Source: Desulfatiglandales bacterium
Lineage (GTDB): Bacteria; Desulfobacterota; DSM-4660; Desulfatiglandales; Desulfatiglandaceae
Assembly (NCBI GenBank): GCA_963666345.1
Contig: OY762721.1
Location: forward strand, 3,808,001-3,872,000
Length of the DNA stretch: 64,000 nt
Direction of reading: 5' to 3'
Below, in pieces: positions 51,044 through 61,432 of this stretch; the stretch's first letter is position 1, and every line of letters begins with the position of its first letter. The position numbers and the translations under genes were made by a program. The notes under the pieces were generated by a model that was not told where the DNA came from, searched no databases, and worked only from the letters and a program-made list of their open reading frames with translations.

Positions 51044-52123
51044 TCAATCCTCTTCGAGATGCTGCCTGTGATAAAGGCTGTTTATAACCTTGGCAATCTC
51101 ATCAGGCGTAGAAATTATTCCACCCGGACGGCCGTAAAAATGTATATTGCTCCTGCCTTCCAGTGACAGTTTTACATCCTCCAGCATCTGACCCGTGCTC
51201 ATTTCAAAGACCATGAAGTCCTTTACAAGCCGACTCATTTCCCTGAGCATGCCTGCGGGAAACGGCCACAGCGTAACAGGTCTCAAAAGGCCCACCTTGA
51301 GCCCCATGTCTCTGACCCGCTTTACCGCGCCCTTCGCGATCCTGGCAGCCGTACCATATGCGATTATGACAAGCCTGGCATCCGTTGTCATGTAATTGTC
51401 ACAACTGGTTATTTCCCTGGCGATGGCCTCATATTTTCTCATCAGTTTCCAGTTGCGCGACTCCTCAGAATTGGGGTCCAGCAAAAGAGATTTTATTATT
51501 CTGCTGGGCCTTCCCTTTGCACCGTCCAACAGCCAGGGTTTCAGGGGAAGCTTGTCCGGATCCACCGGTTCGGGGAATTGAACAGGCTCCATCATCTGGC
51601 CCATCATGCCGTCTCCGAGTATCATTACGGGCGTCCTGTATCTGTCCGCGTACTCGAAGGCCTTTCGTGTCAGATCAGCCAGTTCCTGCCCCCCCGAGGG
51701 TGCAAGCACTATGGTACGGTAATCGCCATGCCCTCCGCCTCTTGTGGCCTGGAAATAATCTCCCTGGGACGGGGCTATGTTTCCAAGGCCGGGGCCCCCA
51801 CGCATTGTGTTTATGATCACCGAAGGCAGTTCCTGGGCAGCCAGATATGAAATACCTTCCTGCTTCAGGCTTATGCCGGGACTTGAAGAACTGGTCATGC
51901 AGCGTGCGCCTGCCATGGAGGCCCCTATGAGCATGTTTATCGCGGCAAGCTCGCTTTCGGCCTGGATAAAGGTTCCGTGCTCAAGCTTTGCCATGGCACC
52001 CGATACATACTCGGCAAGTTCATTCTGGGGAGTAATAGGGTAACCTGCGTAAAAACGGCAACCGGCGCGGACCGCGGCCTCACCGATTACATGACTTCCT
52101 CTCATCAATACCTTTTCAGTCAC
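51044..52123 (-). CDS. 2-oxoacid:ferredoxin oxidoreductase alpha subunit (VorB-like)
   Basis: GYPITP, QAESE, SSSPG, RGGPGLG. GTG at 52123 follows GAGG. Confidence 0.93.
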   Translation of the reverse strand: MTEKVLMRGSHVIGEAAVRAGCRFYAGYPITPQNELAEYVSGAMAKLEHGTFIQAESELAAINMLIGASMAGARCMTSSSSPGISLKQEGISYLAAQELPSVIINTMRGGPGLGNIAPSQGDYFQATRGGGHGDYRTIVLAPSGGQELADLTRKAFEYADRYRTPVMILGDGMMGQMMEPVQFPEPVDPDKLPLKPWLLDGAKGRPSRIIKSLLLDPNSEESRNWKLMRKYEAIAREITSCDNYMTTDARLVIIAYGTAARIAKGAVKRVRDMGLKVGLLRPVTLWPFPAGMLREMSRLVKDFMVFEMSTGQMLEDVKLSLEGRSNIHFYGRPGGIISTPDEIAKVINSLYHRQHLEED

Positions 52124-52352
52124 GATAAACCTCGATTGCCACATCAGGGCAGATAACTGCACAGAGTGCACATCCTGTACACCCTGAGGCCTTCTTTTCG
52201 CCCCCATTGACCTCTGCAGGATAATATCCTTTCTGATTAAGTTTTTCAGAAATTGTTATCATCTTGTTGGGGCAGACCGATATACAAAGATAACACCCCT
52301 TACATAATTCCCTGTCGATGGTAATGCTTCCTGATTTTGTCTTTTTGGTCAT
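52116..52352 (-). CDS. 2x[4Fe-4S] ferredoxin (oxidoreductase delta subunit)
   Basis: CKGCYLCISVCP, CTGCALCAVICP. Confidence 0.92.
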   Translation of the reverse strand: MTKKTKSGSITIDRELCKGCYLCISVCPNKMITISEKLNQKGYYPAEVNGGEKKASGCTGCALCAVICPDVAIEVYRD

Positions 52353-52830
52353 TTTTATCTACCGCTAAATTTGGTTGGAAATGGTATCAGAGCTGTCCGT
52401 TAAAATAGATGTTTGAGAAACATGAGAATTTCGATAAGTATGCAGACATATTCGCGACAGATTTTTTTGTCAAGTATTTTTTAGTCATTTTTATTCTCGT
52501 TGGCCTTCTTTCACCTTTCAGTCTCTTAAAGAGATTGAAGGGGTATAAAAACTCGTATGTAAATCAAGAGGCCGGAAGGGATTTGCAGTCGGCGCAAGCC
52601 CGCGGACATGGGCTTTAATGGAATTTTCCAGGATAGAAGAGGGCCCGAAAGTCGCCTGTTCGGACCTGCTGCGGAGTTCTGCCGTCAAGGCTGTCTTCCG
52701 GGCCGGATTGTAGTGCTGTACCTGAGGAGTACTTGGGAAAATCTTGATGCCATGGCCGGCTCAAAGATCGTGAAAAGATGGAGAAACTGCGATCAACCGG
52801 TTACAAAAGCGCAGCTTCAGGCGCAAGGCA

Positions 52831-53805
52831 TCAATTAATCATGAGGGAAACGAATTCCTGCTTGTCTCTGTTTTCGGTCTGTAAAACCTTTTCCGTTTTT
52901 CCCCCTGTCAGTTTGACGTCGATCTCCTCTCTGCCCTCCGTGTCACTGTATGCGGCCGTGATGGCGGCGGCAAGCTCAAGGACCTCATCGGAGGCAGTGC
53001 CGGAAAGCAGTGCTGTCGGCCCCGGAACCGATGCAGGTCTAAGGAGGAGATCTTCATCGCCTGACAGGGTGCTGATCACCTCGTTTTCCCTCTTGTTTCT
53101 TCCTACAACCAGCTTGGTCAAATGGTTCAGGCTGAAATGCCTCCCCAGTTTGAGTAATTCCAGAGCCCTTTTATCCGGAGTGACGCTCCTGTGAAGGAGA
53201 TCTTTAAGCCTTGTTGAAAATACCTGCTCGGTCAACATGCACCCACCGCCGGGGGAGGGATACTCGGTGATATTGAGGCTCGCGGCAAGCTTCATCTGGG
53301 GCTTGCGTGAGCGGCCCTGGATGTCGAGGAGCAGCTTTCTGTCGACCCATCCCTTTTGCTCCGGAACGGTTTGCGGCAGAAGTCCGGCTGAAAGCGGCCT
53401 CAGGAGCAGCCCTTCAATCCCGCTTTCGCGGGCAACAAGCTCAAGGGACCGCCTGTTCTGAGACATGGGTCGTTGTCCCATTACCTCGCCGGAAAAGACA
53501 AAGGCTGCGTTTTCCTGCGCGAGCATTTCTCCGGCTATCCTGAACATCAGGGCGTGACAGTCGATACAGGGATTCATGTTTCCGCCGTATCCATGCTTAG
53601 GGTCTTTTACTATTTCCAGATGTCGGGATGTGATATCCTTTTTCTTGAACCGAAGGCCGAGATTTCCGGCTGATTGCTCAGCCTTTTCCGCTGAAAAAAA
53701 GGGGGTCTCAAAAAAAATGGCCAGGACATCAATGCCCTGGGCCCTTATCAGCTCGGCAGCAAGGATGCTGTCAAGGCCCCCTGAAAAAACAGCCAGGGCT
53801 TTCAT
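52831..53805 (-). CDS. ThiI-like PP-loop tRNA sulfurtransferase family protein
   Basis: SGGLDS, NPCIDC, GEVMGQRPMSQ, GGGC, GRH. Confidence 0.8.
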   Translation of the reverse strand: MKALAVFSGGLDSILAAELIRAQGIDVLAIFFETPFFSAEKAEQSAGNLGLRFKKKDITSRHLEIVKDPKHGYGGNMNPCIDCHALMFRIAGEMLAQENAAFVFSGEVMGQRPMSQNRRSLELVARESGIEGLLLRPLSAGLLPQTVPEQKGWVDRKLLLDIQGRSRKPQMKLAASLNITEYPSPGGGCMLTEQVFSTRLKDLLHRSVTPDKRALELLKLGRHFSLNHLTKLVVGRNKRENEVISTLSGDEDLLLRPASVPGPTALLSGTASDEVLELAAAITAAYSDTEGREEIDVKLTGGKTEKVLQTENRDKQEFVSLMIN

Positions 53806-53839
53806 GAAATATCCGCTCCCTTTTGAGGCAAGTGCAACT

Positions 53840-54796
53840 CTACAGCCCCTTCTCCGCCAATGATTCTATCAGCGATTTCTGTTGACTGTTGAGGGCCTTG
53901 GGCACGGACACGATTATCTCCACATACGCGTCGCCCTTTTGCGAACCATTCATTCGGGGAAGTCCATAACCCTTGAGACGAAGTTTCGAGTTGTTCTGGG
54001 TGCCGGGCGGGACCTTCAGCTTCAGATAGCCCTTGTATATGGTCGGAACCTCGATGTTTGTTCCCAGGACTGCTTCCGAATAGCTGATATGCTGCTTCAG
54101 ATGCAGGTCGTCCCCGTCTCTCCTGAACAGGGGATGATCGAGCAGTTTTATCTTTACGTAAAGGTCTCCGGCCGGCCCTCCGAATTTGCCCTGTGCTCCT
54201 TTTCCCGGCAGCCTCAGCTTTTTGCCTTCCTGTATGCCTGTCGGGATCTTTACCGACACGCTTTCCTGACGGCCTTCAATCTGATAGGAGATGGTCTTCT
54301 TGGTCGGCTCTGAAATTTCCTCGAGGGTCAGCGCGAGTTCGTAAATGAGGTCTTGCCCTTTTACCGCCTGATTGAATCCTCCGTGCGGTCCATAGGATGA
54401 AGAGAAGGGTGAACCCCCGGTTCTGTAAACCCTCCTGCCCCCACGGCCACCCATGTTGCCGAAAAGTTGACTGAATATGTCTCCTGAACCTGAACCACCG
54501 CCGAACCCGAATTCCCTGAAAATACTGGAAAAATCCGCTTCCCTGAATATATCATCCTGGGAAAAGCGGTTCTGAAAGCCTTCGGCCCCGAACATGTCAT
54601 ACTGTTTTTTCTTCTCCGGGTTGCTCAGTACGGCATATGCCTCGCTTATCTCCTTGAACTTGGACTCAGCCTCTTTGTTGTCCCTGTTCCTGTCAGGATG
54701 ATACTTCAGGGCCAGTTTTCGGTATGCCTTTTTGATTTCCTCTGAAGAAGCAGACTCGGAAACCCCGAGAATTTTATAATAATCTTTACCAGCCAT
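53840..54796 (-). CDS. DnaJ-class (type II, CbpA-like) chaperone
   Basis: J domain with HPD, G/F region, C-terminal domain, no zinc finger. Confidence 0.92.
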   Translation of the reverse strand: MAGKDYYKILGVSESASSEEIKKAYRKLALKYHPDRNRDNKEAESKFKEISEAYAVLSNPEKKKQYDMFGAEGFQNRFSQDDIFREADFSSIFREFGFGGGSGSGDIFSQLFGNMGGRGGRRVYRTGGSPFSSSYGPHGGFNQAVKGQDLIYELALTLEEISEPTKKTISYQIEGRQESVSVKIPTGIQEGKKLRLPGKGAQGKFGGPAGDLYVKIKLLDHPLFRRDGDDLHLKQHISYSEAVLGTNIEVPTIYKGYLKLKVPPGTQNNSKLRLKGYGLPRMNGSQKGDAYVEIIVSVPKALNSQQKSLIESLAEKGL

Positions 54797-55039
54797 TAGG
54801 TTCTTTGTTCTTAAATCCCGCAAACGGGATATCTTTTCCCGCCTTAGGGCGAATGAATTAGTTTGATATAATCATCCCGATAAGGAATGACAGGCAGTTT
54901 AACTGTTTTGACTAAAAACAAAAAAAATATTCCTACGAAAGAATAATCACAGGATCGCATAAGTCAAGACGGAATAGATCCTTACGGCAAGCTTTCCTTT
55001 TGACGGTACAGGCGTTGGCTGAAAAACCGATTAGCCAAC

Positions 55040-55150
55040 AAGCGTTTGCCGGCGGTAGATGATGGGCCTGATGTGCTTGAAACCCTTGAAGAGCAGCTGG
55101 ATGTCTTTGAGGGTCTTGTCCTGGATAAGGCAACAGATTATTTTGAAGAA
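55040..55150 (+). pseudogene. Fragment of a response-regulator receiver domain
   Basis: KRLPAVDDGPDVLETLEEQLDV...DKATDY resembles a REC N-terminus (LAVDDEPDVL); similarity ends before the phosphoacceptor Asp. Confidence 0.55.
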
Positions 55151-55190
55151 ATAGACCCTTTCATAATAAATGAAGGCGAGCCCTGTTTCT

Positions 55191-55790
55191 TTATGATCCC
55201 GGGGTCAATTTGTAGGCGAAATTGGCCTTTATGTTGAGTCTCGATACGGTGACCGAACCCGGAAACGGGGGGAAAGGGGCCGCCTTTTTTATGGAATTCA
55301 AGGCATTTTCATCCAGCATGCCGTGAGAGGATGAATCAAGGACCTTGATGCCTATAAGTTTCCCCTGCCTGCTGAGGCTGAATAATATGAGGACCTGACC
55401 CTCTATCAGGTTTTCCCACGCCCTTTTAGGGTATTTCCAATTTTCCATGAGCCGTTGTTTTATTACAGCTGCGTAGGAGCTGTATCTCTTGTCCGTCGTG
55501 TCAAGACAGATGGTTTCCGCGCCTTTTTCGACCGTTTTTCCCGTGGCAGGCTTTACACTTATGCGACTACCACCCCAATCCTCAAGTTCGGAAAGTTTGT
55601 CTACCGGGGGTCTGATGAATTCGACATGGTATGTTCTGAGCGGTTTTATCGTCCAATTGAGAGGAAATGCCTTCTGGATGACCAGAAGCAGGGCCGCGTG
55701 AAACAGGAGGGAGACGGTAATGCTGGCCCATCTTACCTTTTTTCGGTCTTTAAGCGGGACCTGCTTAATGCTGTTGGTTTTTGGGGCCAT
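55191..55790 (-). CDS. TonB C-terminal domain protein
   Basis: TM SLLFHAALL, WKYP..A....EG, SSSHGMLD..A...AAPFPPFP. Confidence 0.85.
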   Translation of the reverse strand: MAPKTNSIKQVPLKDRKKVRWASITVSLLFHAALLLVIQKAFPLNWTIKPLRTYHVEFIRPPVDKLSELEDWGGSRISVKPATGKTVEKGAETICLDTTDKRYSSYAAVIKQRLMENWKYPKRAWENLIEGQVLILFSLSRQGKLIGIKVLDSSSHGMLDENALNSIKKAAPFPPFPGSVTVSRLNIKANFAYKLTPGS

Positions 55791-56352
55791 TGACCCACCA
55801 GTCCGTCTTTTTTTTGAACCACCAGTCCGTACTGTGCCCGGCCAGAATTTCTTGCGCCAGATCTTTTGCCGCTTTTGTGGCAAGTCTCTGAACCGCAAAG
55901 GAGAGCCATTCGCTCGCGTTGGGGTTTCCGCTGTCAAGCTGCTCTTTTAATTCCAGGATCAGGTCCAGTTGGTCGGCATCCTTTGCGATCTGCGCCTCCA
56001 GGCTGTCGCAGCTGTTGAATTCCTCTACCAGCTTTTTTATGTCCTCACCAAAGGCCAGTCCTTTTACCTGATCCTCGACGGCCTTTTTTTCGTCCACCCT
56101 GGTATAGCGTTTGTTTACATAGTTGTGATCAGCGGTTCTTGCCTCCGGCAGGTCGTGGAACAGGCACATAAGAACGACCCTGTTGCTGTCCGCCTCCGGA
56201 TTCATGGAGCAGAGCACATAGCCTATAACCGTTGTCCTGAAGGAGTGATCAGCCACGGATTCACCCCCGGAACCCAGGAACTGATAGCCTGTACGGGGAG
56301 TTTTTTTCAGCATCCCGGCTTCAAATAAGAATTCCGCTAGTCTTTTCAGCAT
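55765..56352 (-). CDS. HD domain phosphohydrolase (HD_3/YfbR-like)
   Basis: RTG, ESVADHS, FHDLPE, DADQLD. Confidence 0.88.
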   Translation of the reverse strand: MLKRLAEFLFEAGMLKKTPRTGYQFLGSGGESVADHSFRTTVIGYVLCSMNPEADSNRVVLMCLFHDLPEARTADHNYVNKRYTRVDEKKAVEDQVKGLAFGEDIKKLVEEFNSCDSLEAQIAKDADQLDLILELKEQLDSGNPNASEWLSFAVQRLATKAAKDLAQEILAGHSTDWWFKKKTDWWVNGPKNQQH

Positions 56353-56730
56353 AATGTCCCTTGAATATGGATATGAAGGGTAAAAGTCAAGCCTCTAGTT
56401 GGTTTCCATTCGAAAATGGCCTTTTTGCCCGATATCTGAGTCGATTTGCATAGCCGTTTGTACGATGCACGATATGTACTTGTCCGTGCAATTGATTGAG
56501 TTTCTTGATTTGATATCCCGGACCGGCACCGGTAGGTTCGATCCGGCAGGGTTAAGGCAAGATCCGGACTAACGCCCGGTTGTGTCATTTAGATGGTGGA
56601 TTTTGGTTCCCTGTTTCCTTGATTTATTTTTTTCCAGTGTTTAGTATTAATTGCCTGAGGTAAAATATGAAATGGCATAGGTTTCCTCAATAAAGGAGAC
56701 CTGATACATTCCCAAACAGGACGGTGACGG

Positions 56731-57243
56731 TTGTCTATGAAAATATACACATACCCTGATCCGGTCTTAAAGACAGAGGCAAGGCCGGTTGCGAATATAG
56801 ACGGAGATACTCAGAAGCTTATAGATGAAATGATCAAGACCATGTATGAGGCCCCTGGAATCGGACTCGCTGCAAACCAGGTGGGGGAACTGAAGAGAGT
56901 AATCGTCTTTGATCTTAAGCCAAGGGAGGATGGAAGGAATCCCTGCGAACTTATAAATCCCGAGGTGGTCGAGGGTGAGGGTTCCATTACCCATGAAGAG
57001 GCGTGCCTCAGCGTGGTTGATTATGCCGCCGATGTTACCCGTAACTTCCGCGTACAGGTCAAGGGGCTCGACAGACTGGGTAATCCGGTCAGCCTGGAGG
57101 CCGAGGGGCTTCTTGCGGTGTGTCTGCAGCACGAGATAGATCACCTGAACGGGATGCTCTTTATTGACAGGATAAGCGCTCTGAAACGCTCCCTTTACAA
57201 GAAACGGCTCAAAAAGATACTCAAGGCCGGAGATGAGGAGTAG
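56731..57243 (+). CDS. def: Peptide deformylase
   Basis: GIGLAANQ, EACLS, QHEIDHLNG. Confidence 0.97.
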   Translation: MSMKIYTYPDPVLKTEARPVANIDGDTQKLIDEMIKTMYEAPGIGLAANQVGELKRVIVFDLKPREDGRNPCELINPEVVEGEGSITHEEACLSVVDYAADVTRNFRVQVKGLDRLGNPVSLEAEGLLAVCLQHEIDHLNGMLFIDRISALKRSLYKKRLKKILKAGDEE

Positions 57244-57249
57244 ACGCAA

Positions 57250-58209
57250 ATGAGACGAAATCTCCCCGCACGGCCCGAAATAGTGTTCATGGGCACCCCT
57301 GATTTTGCCGTATCCTCATTAAACGCGCTTTTGCGGGATGCTCACAATGTCTCTTGCGTTGTAACCCAGCCGGACCGCCCCAAGGGAAGAGGAAGAAAGA
57401 TGCTTCCCAGCCCGGTAAAGTGTTGCGCCTTGGAAGCGGATATGGATGTGCTCCAGCCCTCAAGGGCCTCGGACGGCCGATTCTGTGACCTTATCCGTGA
57501 AAAGAGCCCTGACATAATAATCGTGGTTGCCTTCGGCCAGATCCTTAAAAAGGAGCTGCTTGAAATTCCGAAATGGGGTGTGTTGAATATACATGCCTCG
57601 CTTCTGCCTTTTTACAGGGGGGCTGCCCCGATCCAGTGGGCGGTAATAAATAATGAGAAAAAGACGGGCCTGAGCGCCATGAAAATGGATGAGGGAATGG
57701 ACACGGGCCCTGTCCTGCAGCAACAGGAGGTTCCGATCGGAAAGGATGATACAGCCGGGGATCTTCATGACAGGTTGGCCGCACTTTCAGGTGATTTTCT
57801 CTTAAGGACACTTGAAGGTATTTCAACGGGAGTCCTGAATGAGTCTGCCCAGGACGATGAAAAGGCGACATATGCCCCCAAAATCGATCGTTCAGTATCA
57901 CGCATTGACTGGGAAAGACCGGCGGAAGAGATTTCAGCCCTTATAAGGGGGCTCGATCCATGGCCCGGGGCCTACACCATGGTCGCGGGTAAACAGTTGA
58001 AGCTTTTTTCCCCCGAACTCCCGGAGCATCAGACAGGGTGCCTGTGTCCCGGAACAGTTACTGGTGCGCCTGACGGCTGCCTTGAAATAGGAGCCGGATC
58101 AGGAAACGTAAGGGTCAGGGAACTCCAGGTTTCAGGCAAAAAGAGGCTGCCTGCAGGAGATTTCATGAGGGGTTTTCCGATCAAGGTCGGGACAAGATTT
58201 GAGACATAA
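57250..58209 (+). CDS. fmt: Methionyl-tRNA formyltransferase
   Basis: FMGTPDFA, TQPDRP, NIHASLLP..RGAAP. Confidence 0.97.
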   Translation: MRRNLPARPEIVFMGTPDFAVSSLNALLRDAHNVSCVVTQPDRPKGRGRKMLPSPVKCCALEADMDVLQPSRASDGRFCDLIREKSPDIIIVVAFGQILKKELLEIPKWGVLNIHASLLPFYRGAAPIQWAVINNEKKTGLSAMKMDEGMDTGPVLQQQEVPIGKDDTAGDLHDRLAALSGDFLLRTLEGISTGVLNESAQDDEKATYAPKIDRSVSRIDWERPAEEISALIRGLDPWPGAYTMVAGKQLKLFSPELPEHQTGCLCPGTVTGAPDGCLEIGAGSGNVRVRELQVSGKKRLPAGDFMRGFPIKVGTRFET

Positions 58210-58357
58210 GGCTGCCAATGGATCTGTCTCATTATGGAAGATTCGGCTCTGAAAACCATAACTTTTCCCCTTTCAGAGGTAAACCGGTACCTGGTCGATC
58301 CGGGCCGGGATTTTTCGACAAACGGCTGGGAAGCAGAGGAAGGCCCATCGGGCAGCA

Positions 58358-59218
58358 ATGACAGGTATATCAAGACAAGCCGAAAAGATACAAAATGATC
58401 CGACCGCAGGAGCCGCTGACGGAGATGGGCTATTTAAAGAGGCTCAGCTTATAGATCGCCCTCGGAAAAGGATTTTTATCGTCCTGCTGCTGCTTACCTG
58501 CGTGGGCATGGTGGCCCTTGCCTTTGCCCTGTGGTGGGTACCCTACGTGGGCCTTGGAAACATACATCCGAGCCTTCCCCTGCTGCTTGCTCTGGCATTC
58601 GGCGGCATTGTCCTTTTCGGCCTGGGAGGGGCGCTCACCCTTTTGTTCACCATAATCAGGGGACGGAACCTCTTTTTCAACCGTCGCATAAGGGGTGTGG
58701 TGATCCGGTTCCTTTTCCCTCTCCTTGTAGGGCTGGGCAGGTGTTTGGGGATCAGCAAAAAGGAGATCAGAAGGTCCTTTATAGCGATAAACAACCAGTT
58801 GGTCCTGGCCGAGGCCTCGGAGGTCGAATCAGACAGGCTTCTCCTGCTTATCCCCCACTGTCTTCAGAATCATGAATGCCCCGTAAGGATCATCATGAAT
58901 GTGGAAAACTGCAAGGGCTGCGGGAAATGTAAGATAAAGGATCTTGTGGCCCTTTCAAGGCGTTACGGAATCTCAATCGCGGTGGCGACCGGAGGCACCC
59001 TGGCAAGAAAGATTGTGGTCGAGAAGAGACCCGAACTAATAATAGCGGTTGCCTGTGAAAGGGACCTCACAAGCGGTATCCAGGATACCTACCCCATACC
59101 TGTTTACGGGATACTCAACAACAGGCCTTTCGGCCCCTGTTTCGACACCGATGTAAACATGCATATGGTGGAGCAGGGGATTGTCACTTTTCTTCGCAAC
59201 AAGGCGTCCGATGCCTAG
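58358..59218 (+). CDS. DUF116 domain membrane protein
   Basis: PHCLQ, CKGCGKC, VATGGTLA, VACERDL. Confidence 0.85.
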   Translation: MTGISRQAEKIQNDPTAGAADGDGLFKEAQLIDRPRKRIFIVLLLLTCVGMVALAFALWWVPYVGLGNIHPSLPLLLALAFGGIVLFGLGGALTLLFTIIRGRNLFFNRRIRGVVIRFLFPLLVGLGRCLGISKKEIRRSFIAINNQLVLAEASEVESDRLLLLIPHCLQNHECPVRIIMNVENCKGCGKCKIKDLVALSRRYGISIAVATGGTLARKIVVEKRPELIIAVACERDLTSGIQDTYPIPVYGILNNRPFGPCFDTDVNMHMVEQGIVTFLRNKASDA

Positions 59219-60557
59219 AACACTGGCACTTAAGGTCCTTGACAGGCTCGACAAGGACCCGGGATCTCCTTCCGAATATCTTGAGCAGGCGATCGGACGG
59301 GGGCGTGTACCGACTCCCAGGGACAGGGCCTTCGCTTTCAACCTGATCCAGGGTGTACAGCGCTGGAAGCTCAGGCTCGACTGGATTATAAGCGGATCAG
59401 TACGCTTTCCTTTTAAACAAATTGATCCCTCCATACTCAATGTCCTTCGTATTGCTCTCTATCAGATACTTTTCATGGACAGAGTCCCGGATTCCGCTGC
59501 GGTGAACGAGGCGGTTAAGGAGGCACGCAAGACCGGAAGGCGTCATGTCGCCTCTTTTGTAAACGGCATCTTAAGGCAGATCTGCCGACAGGGGGCGGAG
59601 GTTGACTTGCCCGACAGGGACAGGGACAAAGAGCGGTTCCTTTCCGTATCGCAATCATATCCTGAGTGGATAGTGAGGAAGTGGATAAATGAGTTAGGGC
59701 CTGATGAGGCGGAAAGGCTCCTTGAGGCCGGAAACCTCATGCCTTCTCTGGTAATAAGGACAAACCGGCTCAAGACAGACAGGCAGGGGTTGATAAAGGC
59801 ACTTAAAGATGAGGGGTTGGATGCGGTGCCTACCGGCTATTCGCCCGACGGGCTGGTACTTGAAGGACTGAGGGGGAGTCTCGCCGGCCTTGAATCATTT
59901 GGCAGGGGCCTTTTCCAGGTCCAGGGAGAGGCCTCCCAGCTGTGCGCCTTTCTTGCTTCTCCCGGGCCGGGTATGCGAATCCTCGACCTGTGCGCGGGCC
60001 TTGGCGGAAAGTCCACCCACCTTGCCCAGGTTATAAATAACAGGGGAATGATTGTTGCCCTTGACATAAACCGCCACAGGCTGCTAAGGCTTTGTGATAC
60101 CTCAGACCGGCTGGGGATTTCCTGCATCCGCCCGGTGCTGGCTGATGCTTCATCAGGATCATATTCCCCTTTCAGAACCCCTTTTGACCTTATAGTGGTG
60201 GATGCTCCGTGCTCCGGACTGGGTAATGTTTCAAGACATCCGGACCTCAAATGGAGAAAGGATGCCGAGGGTATCAGGAGGCTTGCCCGGCTTCAGACAG
60301 ACATACTGAATAATGCCGAATCTCTCCTCAAAAGCGGGGGCAGGATGGTCTATATGACATGCACCATTTCAAGGGAAGAAAACGAGGATTTGATTCACGG
60401 TTTCCTTGACAGGCATAAGACGATGAGACTTCTGGATCTCAATGATCACTGCACAGGCAGGGTGCAGGGCCTTATCGATGACAGGGGGTTTTTCAGGGCA
60501 CTGCCCCATGTCCACGGTATGGAAGGTTTTTTCGGTGCCCTTTTGATGAAAAACTGA
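59211..60557 (+). CDS. rsmB: 16S rRNA m5C967 methyltransferase
   Basis: NusB-like N-terminus, DLCAGLGGKS, DAPCSGLG, YMTC; located in the def-fmt operon. Confidence 0.93.
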   Translation: MPRTLALKVLDRLDKDPGSPSEYLEQAIGRGRVPTPRDRAFAFNLIQGVQRWKLRLDWIISGSVRFPFKQIDPSILNVLRIALYQILFMDRVPDSAAVNEAVKEARKTGRRHVASFVNGILRQICRQGAEVDLPDRDRDKERFLSVSQSYPEWIVRKWINELGPDEAERLLEAGNLMPSLVIRTNRLKTDRQGLIKALKDEGLDAVPTGYSPDGLVLEGLRGSLAGLESFGRGLFQVQGEASQLCAFLASPGPGMRILDLCAGLGGKSTHLAQVINNRGMIVALDINRHRLLRLCDTSDRLGISCIRPVLADASSGSYSPFRTPFDLIVVDAPCSGLGNVSRHPDLKWRKDAEGIRRLARLQTDILNNAESLLKSGGRMVYMTCTISREENEDLIHGFLDRHKTMRLLDLNDHCTGRVQGLIDDRGFFRALPHVHGMEGFFGALLMKN

Positions 60558-60656
60558 CACTTTCAAGCCGGACCGGCCTTAAGGTTTCATACAGAAGGGT
60601 GTTTACGGGCATTTGGAGCGTTTACAGACTGCCGGACAATTACAGGGGGAACATGC

Positions 60657-61325
60657 ATGTACAAGATATCGCCTTCAATCCTTTCCGCGGATTTCACCCG
60701 CCTCGGAGATGAGATAAAAGCCGTTGAAAATGCAGGAGCGGACTACATCCATGTCGACGTAATGGACGGACATTTTGTCCCCAATATAACCATAGGGCCT
60801 TTGATGGTAAAGGCCGTGCGCAGGATTACGAATCTTCCCATCGACGTTCATCTGATGATCTCAAATCCTGATCTCTATCTGGATGATTTTGCCGGTGCGG
60901 GTGCCGATTACTTGACCGTGCACGCGGAGGCGCCTCTGCATCTGCACAGGACCATTCAGCACATGCAAAAATTGGGGGTGCATCCCGGTGTGACCCTCAA
61001 CCCGGCCACTCCCCTCAATGTCCTGGAATATATCCTTGACGAGCTTGACATGGTGCTTCTGATGACCGTCAATCCGGGTTTTGAAAGCCAGGCATTCATT
61101 CCCGCGATGCTTCCAAAGATAGAGACGCTGAGGGAAACGATTGTAAAAAGAGGTCTTGATGTAGACATCGAAGTGGACGGGGGAATAAGCACCAAGACTA
61201 TCGGGAGTGTATCGGCCGCGGGCGCGAACGTATTTGTGGCCGGCTCCGCAATCTTCTATAGCGAAGATTACGGGGAAACAATAAAGGCCATGCGAAAGGC
61301 CGTTGTAAAGAAGAACCGGGTATAA
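60657..61325 (+). CDS. rpe: Ribulose-phosphate 3-epimerase
   Basis: SPSILSADF, HVDVMDGHFVPN, MTVNPGF, VDGGI. Confidence 0.97.
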   Translation: MYKISPSILSADFTRLGDEIKAVENAGADYIHVDVMDGHFVPNITIGPLMVKAVRRITNLPIDVHLMISNPDLYLDDFAGAGADYLTVHAEAPLHLHRTIQHMQKLGVHPGVTLNPATPLNVLEYILDELDMVLLMTVNPGFESQAFIPAMLPKIETLRETIVKRGLDVDIEVDGGISTKTIGSVSAAGANVFVAGSAIFYSEDYGETIKAMRKAVVKKNRV

Positions 61326-61432
61326 CTAATGCTGGTCTCTTTGAGACTTATGATGTTTGAACTTTAATCCATGTCCCTAGGGGCAAAGCGCGTATCTTCT
61401 GTGCGCTTTTTTTTATAAAAGGAGAAACCTTA

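Noticed and set aside
52409..52838. Short + strand ORFs between the ferredoxin gene and the ThiI-like gene
   Set aside because: No motifs or RBS; probably promoter DNA or decayed sequence.
56518..56545. ccggcaccgg as a fourth copy of the 290-bp repeat
   Set aside because: Only about 10 bp match and the flanks do not align.
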